From an uncultured Gammaproteobacteria bacterium (lineage in GTDB: Bacteria; Patescibacteriota; Patescibacteriia; JACQRZ01): a stretch of DNA of 32,403 bases. Both the position numbers and the translations under genes were made by a program. How positions within the stretch are numbered: the first letter of the stretch is position 1; each line of letters opens with the position of its first letter. Shown here piece after piece: positions 1-8,948 of the stretch. The stretch spans positions 1-32,403 of the forward strand of contig CAYHKW010000002.1 of NCBI GenBank assembly GCA_964357385.1, given 5' to 3'. The notes beneath the pieces were generated by a model. The model saw only the letters and a program-made list of their open reading frames with translations, was not told where the DNA came from and ran no database searches.

Positions 1-865
1 TTACTTGCTCGCTGGTGAGTGCCGTACCGCAACTTGCAACCACATTTCGCACCCCCGCTTGTACGAGCGCGATAACATCCATGTATCCTTCCACAATAAT
101 GACCTGATTCTTTTCACGAATGGCGTGACGAGCGCGATCAAGATTAAATACGATTCGACTTTTATCATAGAGCGGCGTCTGGGGAGAGTTAAGATACTTA
201 GGGGCATTGGGCTGGTCGACGATAATGCGTCCTCCAAACCCACAAACATGGCCATGGATGTCGCGAATAGGAATCATAATCCGACTTCGGAAACGATCCA
301 TAGCCCTGCCGCGATCCTTCACCATTACTAAACCCACCTCAACAATTTCTGGAGTAGTATATTTTTTTGAAATCAAAAATTGATAGAGACGATCAAAATC
401 TTCCAGCGCATATCCAAAACAAAATTCATCTTGAATCGTTTGGGTGATATCTCTGCCTTTTAAATATTCGCGTGCTTCATCTGCTTGCGGTGCACGCAAT
501 AGTGCTTGGGTAAAAAATCCTGCAGCCAAGTCCATGAGATCGTACAGACGCTCTTTCTTGTCGCGAGGTTCACGCGACATTGTTCTTTCAAGAACAACTC
601 CTGCTCGCTGGGCTAATATATTCAATGCTTCTTTAAATTCCACGCCTTCAATTTTTGTAAAAAAACTAAAGAGATCTCCTCCTTCTCCACATCCAAAGCA
701 ATGCCAAATTTGTTTTGGCGATGACACCATGAATGAAGCATTTTTTTCTTTATGAAAAGGACACGGAGCTTTATAGTTGCTCCCTGCTTGCTTGAGCGCC
801 ACATATTCTTTGACCAGCTCAACGATATCGATCCTTTCTTTGATCTGTTGGATGGGATCGTTCAT
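1..865 (-). CDS. dnaG: DNA primase DnaG, N-terminal ~288 codons (rest of gene lies beyond the left edge)
   Basis: Absent from the ORF track because it has no stop inside the window. The reverse frame (plus-strand codon phase 2) is open from 865 down to 2; I checked every codon. Translation from the ATG at 865-863 gives MNDPIQQIKERIDIVELVKEYVALKQAGSNYKAPCPFHKEKNASFMVSSPKQIWHCFGCGEGGDLFSFF (CHC2 zinc finger). Further on it gives RIMIPIRDIHGHVCGFGGRIV..PKYLNSPQTPLYDKSRIVFNLD..VIIVEGYMDVIALVQAGVRNVVASCGTALT (primase core/TOPRIM motifs). Confidence 0.9.
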   Translation of the reverse strand, partial: MNDPIQQIKERIDIVELVKEYVALKQAGSNYKAPCPFHKEKNASFMVSSPKQIWHCFGCGEGGDLFSFFTKIEGVEFKEALNILAQRAGVVLERTMSREPRDKKERLYDLMDLAAGFFTQALLRAPQADEAREYLKGRDITQTIQDEFCFGYALEDFDRLYQFLISKKYTTPEIVEVGLVMVKDRGRAMDRFRSRIMIPIRDIHGHVCGFGGRIIVDQPNAPKYLNSPQTPLYDKSRIVFNLDRARHAIREKNQVIIVEGYMDVIALVQAGVRNVVASCGTALTSEQV

Positions 866-876
866 AAGAAAATTAT

Positions 877-1218
877 TTACAAACCAAACAGCATTGCACG
901 CAGTCCTTCTTCTACGCGCTGCGTATCCCATGCTGGTTCCCAAACTACATTCACCACTACCTCTGTTACATCATCCAAAAGCATTAAGACTTCTTTTACT
1001 TGATCAACAAGCTCAGCACCAGCAGGACAACCCATACTGGTAAATGTCATATCAACCGTCGCAATACCCTTCTCTATTTCTACATTATAAATAAGTCCGA
1101 GATCGACAATACCGATCCCGATTTCAGGATCTTCGATAGTATTAAGAAGATGCCATTCGTCACCAGTGCGTTCTGCTGCTGGTACGATACGCTCTGCGAC
1201 TGTTTTAGGCTGATCCAT
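877..1218 (-). CDS. sufT: Fe-S assembly protein SufT / DUF59 (MIP18 family)
   Basis: 113-aa ORF with the DUF59 pattern DPEIGIGIVDLGLIY..V..MTFTSMGCPAG. It is the last gene of the suf cluster. Confidence 0.8.
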   Translation of the reverse strand: MDQPKTVAERIVPAAERTGDEWHLLNTIEDPEIGIGIVDLGLIYNVEIEKGIATVDMTFTSMGCPAGAELVDQVKEVLMLLDDVTEVVVNVVWEPAWDTQRVEEGLRAMLFGL

Positions 1219-1232
1219 AAATGTGTTCAGTA

Positions 1233-1601
1233 TTAAATTCTTGTTTCAAATGCCCTTACCAGGGCTTCTTGTCCCAATAACGCACATTTTATACGTGATG
1301 GGCTCAAGTCTACTCCTAATATGCCTTGTATATCTTCGATGTTCATTAATTCGATATCTTTTTTCTCTTTCCCTTGGGCAATATCAGTCAACATAGACAT
1401 GGCAGCGGTGCTAATAGCACATCCCTTACTCTGGAAACGAACCTCCTCTATCCTACCACATTCATCAATTCGTGCATCAAGCGTTATTGAATCACCGCAC
1501 AAAGGATTAAAAACCGTCGCGCAATGGGTTGCATCAGAAAGCCGACCATTGTTATGGGGATGCTTGTAGTGGTCAAGAATAATTTCTGAAAATATATCCA
1601 T
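1233..1601 (-). CDS. sufU: SufU/IscU-like Fe-S scaffold (sulfur acceptor)
   Basis: HYKHPHNNG, NPLCGD, KGCAISTAA and IKCALL motifs (three conserved Cys). I place the start at the ATG at 1601 (MDIFSEII), 1 nt after the sufS stop. The track's 1649 start would overlap sufS by 47 nt. Confidence 0.85.
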   Translation of the reverse strand: MDIFSEIILDHYKHPHNNGRLSDATHCATVFNPLCGDSITLDARIDECGRIEEVRFQSKGCAISTAAMSMLTDIAQGKEKKDIELMNIEDIQGILGVDLSPSRIKCALLGQEALVRAFETRI

Positions 1602-1602
1602 A

Positions 1603-2811
1603 TTACGCAAATTTTTGTTTAGCCTGTACCAAGGTGGAAACGAGAGCATCTATATCTTCTTTTATATTATATATTCCGATACTCATGCGCGCTGTTGCCA
1701 ATACACCCAATCTCTGATGCAGTGGTTGCGTGCAATGATGTCCGGCACGAATTGCGATACCATGACTATCGGCAATGCTCGCAATATCATGAGGGTGTAT
1801 ACCTTCCATAGTAAACGCCGCCATCCCTGCTCCATCCATAGGATGAAACACGGTAAGCCCTTCTATGTCTGAAAGTGCGCGATGCGCATATTGCACAAGA
1901 TCATGTTCATAGGCTGCAATTGTGTCCATACCAATCGCTTCTAAAAATTGTACTGCTGCACCAAGACCAATGACTTCTGCAATCGGTGGCGTACCTCCTT
2001 CAAAGCGTGTTGGAATATCTTTGTATGACACCTGCTCAGCACTGACTTTCACCACCATACCACCTCCATACAACAAGGGATTCATGGACTCTAGTAAATC
2101 TCGTTTCCCATACAACACACCGACCCCTGTTGGGCCATACATTTTGTGTCCAGAAAACGCAAAAAAATCAACATCCCATTGTTCGAGATTACATACCTGA
2201 TGGCTAACCGCTTGAGCACCATCGATCAAAACTTTTGCACCACGCTGGTGCGCAAGACGAGTTATTGTTTGAATATCATTTACAGTACCGGTTACGTTTG
2301 AAATCGCAGAAACACAGACCAGCTTCGTTTTTTCTGACAGCATCGCTGAATAGGCATCAATATCCAAATGAAGGTCGTCCTTCAACGGAATAATACGGAG
2401 ATTTGCGCCCGTTCGTTTGCAGACCTCATACCAGGGAACAAAATTCGCATGATGTTCCATCTCACTGACGAGTATTTCATCACCTGCCTTCAGATGCATG
2501 TCAGCCCATCCACGCGCGACAAGGTTGATCGACTCAGTAGTACCTCGGGTAAAAATAATCTGTGATGAGTCATCTACTCCCAAAAAATCGGCAACAATAG
2601 TGCGAGTCTTTTCATACGCAGCACTTGCCTGTTCTGAAATGCCATATACCCCGTGATGAATGTTTGCCCGATACGAAGTATAATATTCATTCATAGCATC
2701 CAATACTGACTGTGGTGTCTGGGTCGTCGCAGCGCTATCCAGATATACTAAATCAGGATGGGTATTGAATAGAGGAAACTGTTTTTTAATATCATTGATC
2801 ATATTAGGCAT
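1603..2811 (-). CDS. sufS: cysteine desulfurase SufS (class V aminotransferase)
   Basis: 402 aa with YLDSAATTQ, FSGHKMYGPTGVGVLYG (PLP-lysine region) and RAGHHCTQP (catalytic Cys loop). Sits in the suf operon. Confidence 0.93.
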   Translation of the reverse strand: MPNMINDIKKQFPLFNTHPDLVYLDSAATTQTPQSVLDAMNEYYTSYRANIHHGVYGISEQASAAYEKTRTIVADFLGVDDSSQIIFTRGTTESINLVARGWADMHLKAGDEILVSEMEHHANFVPWYEVCKRTGANLRIIPLKDDLHLDIDAYSAMLSEKTKLVCVSAISNVTGTVNDIQTITRLAHQRGAKVLIDGAQAVSHQVCNLEQWDVDFFAFSGHKMYGPTGVGVLYGKRDLLESMNPLLYGGGMVVKVSAEQVSYKDIPTRFEGGTPPIAEVIGLGAAVQFLEAIGMDTIAAYEHDLVQYAHRALSDIEGLTVFHPMDGAGMAAFTMEGIHPHDIASIADSHGIAIRAGHHCTQPLHQRLGVLATARMSIGIYNIKEDIDALVSTLVQAKQKFA

Positions 2812-3418
2812 GTCTCATAAACGCAGTAACTGACGCAAGCGCTGTTGAAATATCGCGATCATCAGAAAGTGTTTGCAAATCTTTTGCAACAAATCCCTTT
2901 GCCATTTCTGCAATCATAGTTTCTTTACTAACACCACGAGTCTGTCCATACCAAATCGCATGAGGATCAAAATATCCGATTGATACTTCGTGTTTTGCCT
3001 GAACATCATCTGCTTTGATTTCAAGAGAAGGGATAGTGCGTGTTTGCGCATCCGGCGACAAATGCAACGCATGATGAGAAAAATGCATAGTACTTTCATC
3101 AGCACCTTCCATGCACTGCAAGATACCGTTTATCATAACGCGCGCACGATTACGACCAATACTACGAATTCTTACACTTGAGGAAGTATTACGCGCATGA
3201 GCGATTACATTTATATTTAACGGAATTGAAACCTCATCAGCAAGAATAACGATAACGCAATCAAGATGTGCCCTCATGCCATCGAGTGAAAACGTAAGCG
3301 TTGTTTCTTCCATGTTCTTATCCAATACAATTACCTGTTGTACACTTTGTCCTTCTGCTATATTCACAATGTCAGCAGCAATCGTATTCCAATATATATG
3401 TTGTGTTGGGGTACTCAT
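2804..3418 (-). CDS. sufD: short SufD-like Fe-S assembly protein (SufB/D family beta-helix core only)
   Basis: 204 aa. The C-terminal region IPSLEIKADDVQAKHEVSIGYFDPHAIWYGQTRGVSKETMIAEMAKGF matches the SufB/SufD signature. Lies between sufB and sufS and overlaps the sufS start by 8 nt. Confidence 0.7.
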   Translation of the reverse strand: MSTPTQHIYWNTIAADIVNIAEGQSVQQVIVLDKNMEETTLTFSLDGMRAHLDCVIVILADEVSIPLNINVIAHARNTSSSVRIRSIGRNRARVMINGILQCMEGADESTMHFSHHALHLSPDAQTRTIPSLEIKADDVQAKHEVSIGYFDPHAIWYGQTRGVSKETMIAEMAKGFVAKDLQTLSDDRDISTALASVTAFMRHA

Positions 3419-3419
3419 A

Positions 3420-4838
3420 TTATGCAGTGAATCCTTCCATTTCTATTTCAATAAGACGATGAAGCTCGAGAGCATATTCCATCGGAAGACGTTTTGCGAT
3501 CGGATAGGCAAAACCATTAACAAGCAACGAGGCTGCTTCATCATTTGAAAGACCGCGGCTCATAAGATAAAATAATTGGTCTTGGCGAATATTGGATACC
3601 GAAGCCTCGTGAGCGATACTTGCTGTTTGTTCTGCGATATCCATAGTTGGATAGGTATCCGATCGCGAAGAAGGATCAACTAAAAGCGCATCACATACGA
3701 CGCGGCTTTTTACGTTTTTAGCTCCTTTGACTACTTTTACCAAACCGCGGTATGACGAGCGACCACCTTGCTTACTAATAGAACGCGCCATGATAGTAGA
3801 GCTTGTGTTGGGCGCCAAATGAATCGCTTTTGCACCCGCATCCTGATGCTGTCCTTTGCCTGCCAATGCCAAAGAATACATCTCCCCTTTTGCGCCTGAT
3901 TCTTTTAATACTACTGACGGATATTTCATCGTAACACGAGACCCTAGATTACAATCAAGCCAACACATTTCGCCATTGCCATATACCAGCGCTCGTTTTG
4001 TTACTAAATTATAAACATTGTTTGACCAATTTTGGATCGTTGTATATTGAACCTTTGCTCCTCGTTTCACAATCACCTCAACAACAGCCGAATGCAATGA
4101 ATCAGTGGAGTATGTGGGTGCGGTGCAGCCTTCGATATAATGAACACTGCTGCCTTCATCAGCGATAATCAGGGTGCGTTCAAACTGACCCATTCGTTCT
4201 GCGTTAATGCGAAAATATGCTTGCAGGGGCAAAGTCACGTGCACACCCTTTGGAATATAGATAAATGATCCACCTGACCAAACAGCAGAATTCAACGCAG
4301 AAAATTTATTATCTGCCGATGGAATCACGGTGCCAAAATATTCTTTAAACAATTCTGGATATTTTTGTAATGCAATATCCGTTGATTCAAAAATCACTCC
4401 CTGTGCTTTGAGATTTTCATGCAAGGAATGGTATACAACCTCTGATTCAAATTGTGCGCCAGTACCTGCCAAAAACGATCGTTCCGCTTGAGGAATACCC
4501 AATTTTTCAAAAGTATCCTTAATTTCTTCCGGGACGTCTTCCCATTTTTCTTTTCCTCCCTCTTTTGGCTCAATATAGTAGTGAATACGATCAAAATCGA
4601 TGGTAGAAAGGTCAGCCCCCCAGGTGGGCATTGGTTTTGTATAGAAAATATCAAGTGCTTTCAGGCGGAATTCAAGCATCCATTCTGGTTCTTTTTTACG
4701 ACTTGAAATATCCTGAACTACTTTTGTAGACAGCCCTTCGGGAAGCTCGTAGGCATTATCAGTCTTGGTTTGAAATCCGTATTCGTATTCACTGCGAATC
4801 GAGCTTGCTTTTTGGCGTGCAATATCAAGCGGATTCAT
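3420..4838 (-). CDS. sufB: Fe-S cluster assembly protein SufB
   Basis: 472 aa with strong SufB motifs: [68 protein letters not shown]. Confidence 0.95.
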   Translation of the reverse strand: MNPLDIARQKASSIRSEYEYGFQTKTDNAYELPEGLSTKVVQDISSRKKEPEWMLEFRLKALDIFYTKPMPTWGADLSTIDFDRIHYYIEPKEGGKEKWEDVPEEIKDTFEKLGIPQAERSFLAGTGAQFESEVVYHSLHENLKAQGVIFESTDIALQKYPELFKEYFGTVIPSADNKFSALNSAVWSGGSFIYIPKGVHVTLPLQAYFRINAERMGQFERTLIIADEGSSVHYIEGCTAPTYSTDSLHSAVVEVIVKRGAKVQYTTIQNWSNNVYNLVTKRALVYGNGEMCWLDCNLGSRVTMKYPSVVLKESGAKGEMYSLALAGKGQHQDAGAKAIHLAPNTSSTIMARSISKQGGRSSYRGLVKVVKGAKNVKSRVVCDALLVDPSSRSDTYPTMDIAEQTASIAHEASVSNIRQDQLFYLMSRGLSNDEAASLLVNGFAYPIAKRLPMEYALELHRLIEIEMEGFTA

Positions 4839-4840
4839 AA

Positions 4841-5596
4841 TTATAGCGCCATGGATTCATAACCGGTCGCAAGAATTTCTTTTGCCAATTCTTTATCACC
4901 TGTTTTTACAATACGCCCCTTGCTCATGACATGAACAGCAGTCGGCTCAAGCTTATCAAGAAGCGCGCCCTGATGAGTAACGAGCAATATTCCACATTGC
5001 GAGGTGGTGCGCAGCTCATTAAGGACATCGGCAATAAGAGTAAGGGCGTCAACGTCAACGCCAGAATCAATTTCATCCAGCATGGCAAAATGAGGTTGTA
5101 AAATCATCATCTGTAACAGCTCGGATCGCTTCTTTTCACCGCCAGAAAATCCTTCATTAACACTTCGTCCAATAAAGGTATTTGCAAGTCCCACTTTAGT
5201 TGAGGCTGCGTTCATTGTTTTTACAAACTCAGCAGGACCAATTGGTTTTGCCTGACTGTCACGCGCCTGAATCTGGGCGTTATTTGCAAGTCGAGTAAAA
5301 TTTCCCAACGTTACCCCAGCAATATCAGGTGGGTATTGAAATACAAGGAAAAGACCTTTTCGCGCTCGTTCTTCAGTGGGCGCTGTCGTGATATCATTAT
5401 CGCCCAACATGAGAGATCCGTCAGTAATGGTAGTAGTAGGATTACCCATGATTGCATTAAGGAGGGTACTTTTTCCTGAACCATTTGCTCCCATAAGGAC
5501 ATGGAGTTCCCCTCGCCCAATAACAAGATCAACCCCATTTACAATTGGGGTTTTTCCTGCTGATACGGATATATTGTTGAGTGCGAGTGTATCCAT
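4841..5596 (-). CDS. sufC: Fe-S cluster assembly ATPase SufC
   Basis: 251 aa with Walker [13 protein letters not shown] signature FSGGEKKR, Walker [11 protein letters not shown], and H-loop THQ. Confidence 0.95.
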   Translation of the reverse strand: MDTLALNNISVSAGKTPIVNGVDLVIGRGELHVLMGANGSGKSTLLNAIMGNPTTTITDGSLMLGDNDITTAPTEERARKGLFLVFQYPPDIAGVTLGNFTRLANNAQIQARDSQAKPIGPAEFVKTMNAASTKVGLANTFIGRSVNEGFSGGEKKRSELLQMMILQPHFAMLDEIDSGVDVDALTLIADVLNELRTTSQCGILLVTHQGALLDKLEPTAVHVMSKGRIVKTGDKELAKEILATGYESMAL

Positions 5597-5606
5597 CGCT
5601 CAATAA

Positions 5607-6071
5607 TTACTTTGTGGTAATAAAATGGTCCAGTGTTTTTTGCTCCAATATATCTTTGATTTCATCATTGATACGACGCATTGCAGTACGCATATTACAA
5701 ACACTTGAACGAGGGCATGGATGTTTGCCATCTTCACGTGCACAATCGGTGATTGCAACCGGACCTTCGAGTGCCTCAATGATTTGCTTCACTGAGATAT
5801 CCTTGGCCTTTCGGGTAAGACGATATCCTCCCGACTTTCCACGAACTGATTCCAAAAGCCCCCCTTGGCGCAATTGGCGTGCTACTTGCTGTAAGAATGC
5901 AAATGAGAGGTTACTCCCATCCGCAACATCATGCAATGAAATTGCCTCATCAGAGTCATGCGCAGCGATAGCGGCAAGCAAAAACATACCATAATCCACC
6001 TTCTGGGTAATATGGAGTGTACCGTGCCGTTTGTCCATGCTCGCACCCTCGTTTTTTGTTGTTTTATCCAT
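5607..6071 (-). CDS. Rrf2-family transcriptional regulator (IscR/SufR-like, three-Cys cluster site)
   Basis: Winged-helix region KVDYGMFLLAAIA...GGYRLTRKAKDISVKQIIEALEG followed by C-x8-C-x5-C (CAREDGKHPCPRSSVC). First gene of the suf unit. I use the ATG at 6071; the track ORF starts at a GTG at 6080, and another ATG at 6038 is possible. Confidence 0.85.
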   Translation of the reverse strand: MDKTTKNEGASMDKRHGTLHITQKVDYGMFLLAAIAAHDSDEAISLHDVADGSNLSFAFLQQVARQLRQGGLLESVRGKSGGYRLTRKAKDISVKQIIEALEGPVAITDCAREDGKHPCPRSSVCNMRTAMRRINDEIKDILEQKTLDHFITTK

Positions 6072-6111
6072 AAAAATCACACTAAAAGAGTATACATAAA
6101 ATTACTATCAG

Positions 6112-6140
6112 ACTATACCATACTAGCATTATTTTGTCAA
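6112..6140 (-). promoter_or_regulatory. sigma70-type promoter of the Rrf2-suf operon
   Basis: Minus strand reads TTGACA (6140-6135), 17-nt spacer, TATAGT (6117-6112), about 35-40 nt upstream of the Rrf2 ATG. Confidence 0.55.
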
Positions 6141-6179
6141 GTAATCTCCCGACAACTCTTTTTTATGAACCAAAACACC

Positions 6180-6905
6180 CTACTTTTTGAGGTTTTTAGC
6201 AAGTCCCATATAGTGTGCTTTTTCCGTGGAATTAAACTGCTCTATGGCATACCGTAACATGGTTCGTGGCATCGTCGCAGCATATTTATCGAGGAATTCT
6301 TGCTCTATTTTTTTACCGCATCGCTTCCCAACTTCCCGCAACATCCAACCAACTGCCTTTTGAATAAGGTCATGTGAGTCGTCCTTCAAGATTGTCGCAA
6401 TCTCAAGCGCGAGACTGGCATCACCTTGTTTGATCGTGTGATAGGTGGCGACCATCGCGATGCGCCGTTTCCATAAATCATCAGATCGAGCAAAATCAAA
6501 CAAAATATCTGCATCGTGTATCTGACAATAATCTCCTAATATTTTGTCAGCACTCAAATCGACAAGATCCCAATTATTGACATGGGTGATATTTTTTAGA
6601 TACGTAGAAGCAACTTGTTTTTTGATTTTGGCGTCCCCTTTTTGATATTGCTCAACAAGAATCAATAATGCCAACAGTCGCTCTTCGTGGATTGGTGAAT
6701 GCAATAAGGAAGCTATCTCCCCTTCAGAGAGGGTTCCATATACACGCGCAACCTTACGAGTATTGGGAACAGTGACCCCAATAAACTGATCACCATGTCC
6801 ATACTGCCCTTTTCCTGTTTTAAAAAATCGCGACAAAGAAACAGCTTTTTCAGGATTGGCATATACGCGGAGATCGCTGCGTACTTTTTTAAGTAGATCA
6901 GGCAT
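6180..6905 (-). CDS. DNA alkylation repair protein (AlkD-like HEAT-repeat DNA glycosylase family)
   Basis: 241 aa from the ATG at 6905 (MPDLLKKVRSDL). Family pattern: ANPEKAVSLSRFFKTGKGQYGHGDQFIGV, HSPIHEERLLAL, NNWDLVD, WKRRIAMV, KAVGWMLRE. The upstream 112 codons of the track ORF run antisense through folA and are not credible. Confidence 0.8.
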   Translation of the reverse strand: MPDLLKKVRSDLRVYANPEKAVSLSRFFKTGKGQYGHGDQFIGVTVPNTRKVARVYGTLSEGEIASLLHSPIHEERLLALLILVEQYQKGDAKIKKQVASTYLKNITHVNNWDLVDLSADKILGDYCQIHDADILFDFARSDDLWKRRIAMVATYHTIKQGDASLALEIATILKDDSHDLIQKAVGWMLREVGKRCGKKIEQEFLDKYAATMPRTMLRYAIEQFNSTEKAHYMGLAKNLKK

Positions 6906-6939
6906 AGAAAAAAGACTTAACTGACCTAAGGATACCGCC

Positions 6940-6968
6940 TTGACGTTGAGGTGGCAATGCCGTACAGT
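6940..6968 (+). promoter_or_regulatory. candidate promoter of folA-thyA-HIT unit
   Basis: TTGACG (6940-6945), 17-nt spacer, TACAGT (6963-6968). An AAAGGAG RBS lies 5 nt before the folA ATG. Confidence 0.4.
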
Positions 6969-7026
6969 AGCAACGGCCATTGAGCCGATTATTGTCTTTT
7001 GACAAATAAACAAGAAAGGAGCCGAC

Positions 7027-7539
7027 ATGCTCAAAATAATTGCCTGCATGGATAAAGATGGTTGTATTGGCAACAATGGGACAATTCCTTGGATGGGAGA
7101 GCTCTCTAGTGACATGAAACATTTCAGAGAACTCACCACTGGTGGCATTGTTATTATGGGAAGGAAAACATTTGAAAGCTTGCCTGGTCCGCTTAAAAAA
7201 CGAACCAACATCATCGTGTCAAACAAATCTGACTTACTCATTGATGATTGTGCGGTGGCGCATTCAATAAAAGCAGCTATCAGCTATGCCGAAAGGGTTA
7301 GTGTTGTAGAGAGTAAAGATAATATCTGGATCGGTGGTGGTGCTGAAATCTACAAACAAACCTTGGGGCTTGCTGATGAGCTTCACTTAACAGTCATCGA
7401 CCTGACATTCCCCGGAGATACGTATTTCCCAGAATGGAAGACTGATGATTGGAATCAAATTGAGGTAAAAAACTTTGCCCCGGATGCAAAAAACCTATAC
7501 CCGTATAGATTTGAAGTTTGGAAAAGAAAGAATAAATAA
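7027..7539 (+). CDS. folA: dihydrofolate reductase
   Basis: 170 aa with IIACMDKDGCIGNNGTIPW, FRELTTGGIVIMGRKTFESLPGPLKKRTNIIVS and IGGGAEIY. Strong RBS. Confidence 0.9.
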   Translation: MLKIIACMDKDGCIGNNGTIPWMGELSSDMKHFRELTTGGIVIMGRKTFESLPGPLKKRTNIIVSNKSDLLIDDCAVAHSIKAAISYAERVSVVESKDNIWIGGGAEIYKQTLGLADELHLTVIDLTFPGDTYFPEWKTDDWNQIEVKNFAPDAKNLYPYRFEVWKRKNK

Positions 7540-7562
7540 TTATAGAAAAGGAGGACAGAACA

Positions 7563-8486
7563 TTGTTAGAAGATCAAAAACAACCCATCATATATAAAAC
7601 ACTTGAGGAACGAAAACCTGAAACGGAGTATCGAAATCTCATGAGCAATATATATGAAAACGGAGAAGACGAGGAAGCATTTTGGCAAGGAGGCGGAGTA
7701 AAAACACTCAACAGTCAAATCATGCGGTTTGATATGAGTAATGGATTTCCGTTCACAACAATAAGAAATTTAAAGAGTGCTTTCTACTATGCACTTGCTG
7801 AATTAATTGCGTTTCTGAATGGCGTTCATACGTTGGATAAATATGTTGAATTTGGTGGAAATCCTAAATGGTGGGAAGCGTCAGTTACTGCAGAAAAATG
7901 TAAACCATTTGGTATTGAGCCAGGCGATTTTGGAAAAGGTTCATATGGACCCTCCCTCACAGATCGCTTGAAAGAAGGACAAGCCTTTAATCAAATTCCC
8001 ATGTGGTTGCAACAGCAAAGGGACTTCCCTGGTGGACGCACCCACATACTTACTACATGGTATCCGGAATACGACCTGGGTACCAAGGAACATCCTCGCA
8101 AAGTTGCCACAGCTCCGTGCCATGGAACTGTTGTAAAAACAACTATTAACCAAAAGACAAAAGAGTTGAATTTGCAACATGTCCAACGGGCAGCCGATGT
8201 GCCAGTAGGACTACCATTTAACATAGTCCAGTACGCCGCACTTGGAATGATGACAGCGCACTTGTTAGGATTAACGTTTAAAAAGTATGACTTTATCATT
8301 CTGGATGCTCATCTGTATGAAATACAATACAAAGCTGTATTAGAACTCTTGCAGAGAGAGAATCGTATTTCTCCTACTGTGAAACTTAAAAGGAGCGTAG
8401 ATGACATTTTTGATTTTCGTCCAGAGGATTTTACTTTAGAGGATTATAATCCTCACCCAGAGAAATTCGTAAAAACAGCATTCTAG
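7563..8486 (+). CDS. thyA: thymidylate synthase family protein (divergent ThyA)
   Basis: 307 aa with a TTG start 8 nt after AAGGAGG. Motifs: MRFDMSNGFPFTT, AELIAFL, catalytic TAPCHG, QRAADVPVGLPFNIVQY, LDAHLY and C-terminal NPHP. The start must lie upstream of residue 27, because YRNLMSNIYENG aligns with the ThyA N-terminal helix. Confidence 0.85.
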   Translation: MLEDQKQPIIYKTLEERKPETEYRNLMSNIYENGEDEEAFWQGGGVKTLNSQIMRFDMSNGFPFTTIRNLKSAFYYALAELIAFLNGVHTLDKYVEFGGNPKWWEASVTAEKCKPFGIEPGDFGKGSYGPSLTDRLKEGQAFNQIPMWLQQQRDFPGGRTHILTTWYPEYDLGTKEHPRKVATAPCHGTVVKTTINQKTKELNLQHVQRAADVPVGLPFNIVQYAALGMMTAHLLGLTFKKYDFIILDAHLYEIQYKAVLELLQRENRISPTVKLKRSVDDIFDFRPEDFTLEDYNPHPEKFVKTAF

Positions 8487-8500
8487 ACGGAGGGTTATAA

Positions 8501-8938
8501 ATGGAAACTGATGAACGCTTAGTATATCCGGAAAATGGACGAACTCCAGAATACACAAAACAGCTTGAAGAAATCAATGAAGCAGGCAATTGTCCCTTTT
8601 GTCCCGAAAATCTGAAACAATACAAAAAGGAGCCTATCATACGTGAAGGAACCTACTGGCTTGTAACTGCAGTAGATTTTCCCTATGAAGGTGCCAAAGG
8701 GCATTATATGTTCATTGCAAAAGAGCATTTGACAGACAAACGACAGTTACGCCGTCATGCGCAACTTGAATTATTTGAACATATATTCTGGCTTGAAGAA
8801 ACGTATGGTTTAAAAAACCATACACTCATCTTTCGTTCCGGAGGGCCCGATACAGGAGCTACCGTTGCGCATCTCCATGCTCAACTGGTATCGGCAAAAA
8901 GCAATCTCGAAAAACCAATTATTACTCGAATCGGGTAA
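8501..8938 (+). CDS. HIT-superfamily nucleotide hydrolase/transferase, HxHxQ variant
   Basis: 145 aa. N-terminal CPFCPEN (compare CIFCKI of Hint proteins) and C-terminal GATVAHLHAQLVS, where Gln replaces the third histidine of the histidine triad. GGAGGG RBS. Confidence 0.7.
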   Translation: METDERLVYPENGRTPEYTKQLEEINEAGNCPFCPENLKQYKKEPIIREGTYWLVTAVDFPYEGAKGHYMFIAKEHLTDKRQLRRHAQLELFEHIFWLEETYGLKNHTLIFRSGGPDTGATVAHLHAQLVSAKSNLEKPIITRIG

Positions 8939-8948
8939 GCGTTGGAAC

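Noticed and set aside
6906-7241. 5' extension of the 353-aa minus-strand ORF (track 6180..7241) overlapping folA
   Set aside because: The AlkD-like homology begins at the internal ATG at 6905. The extra 112 codons run antisense through a well-supported folA gene and the divergent promoter region, and have no protein-like features.
7563-8486. ThyA homologue as a dCMP/dUMP hydroxymethylase of a DNA-hypermodification pathway
   Set aside because: The pyrimidine-specifying residue is Asn (PFN), not Asp, which rules out dCMP. DHFR is co-transcribed, as expected for true thymidylate synthesis. No kinase or transferase genes of known hypermodification pathways are adjacent. Kept only as a low-probability alternative in the ThyA finding.
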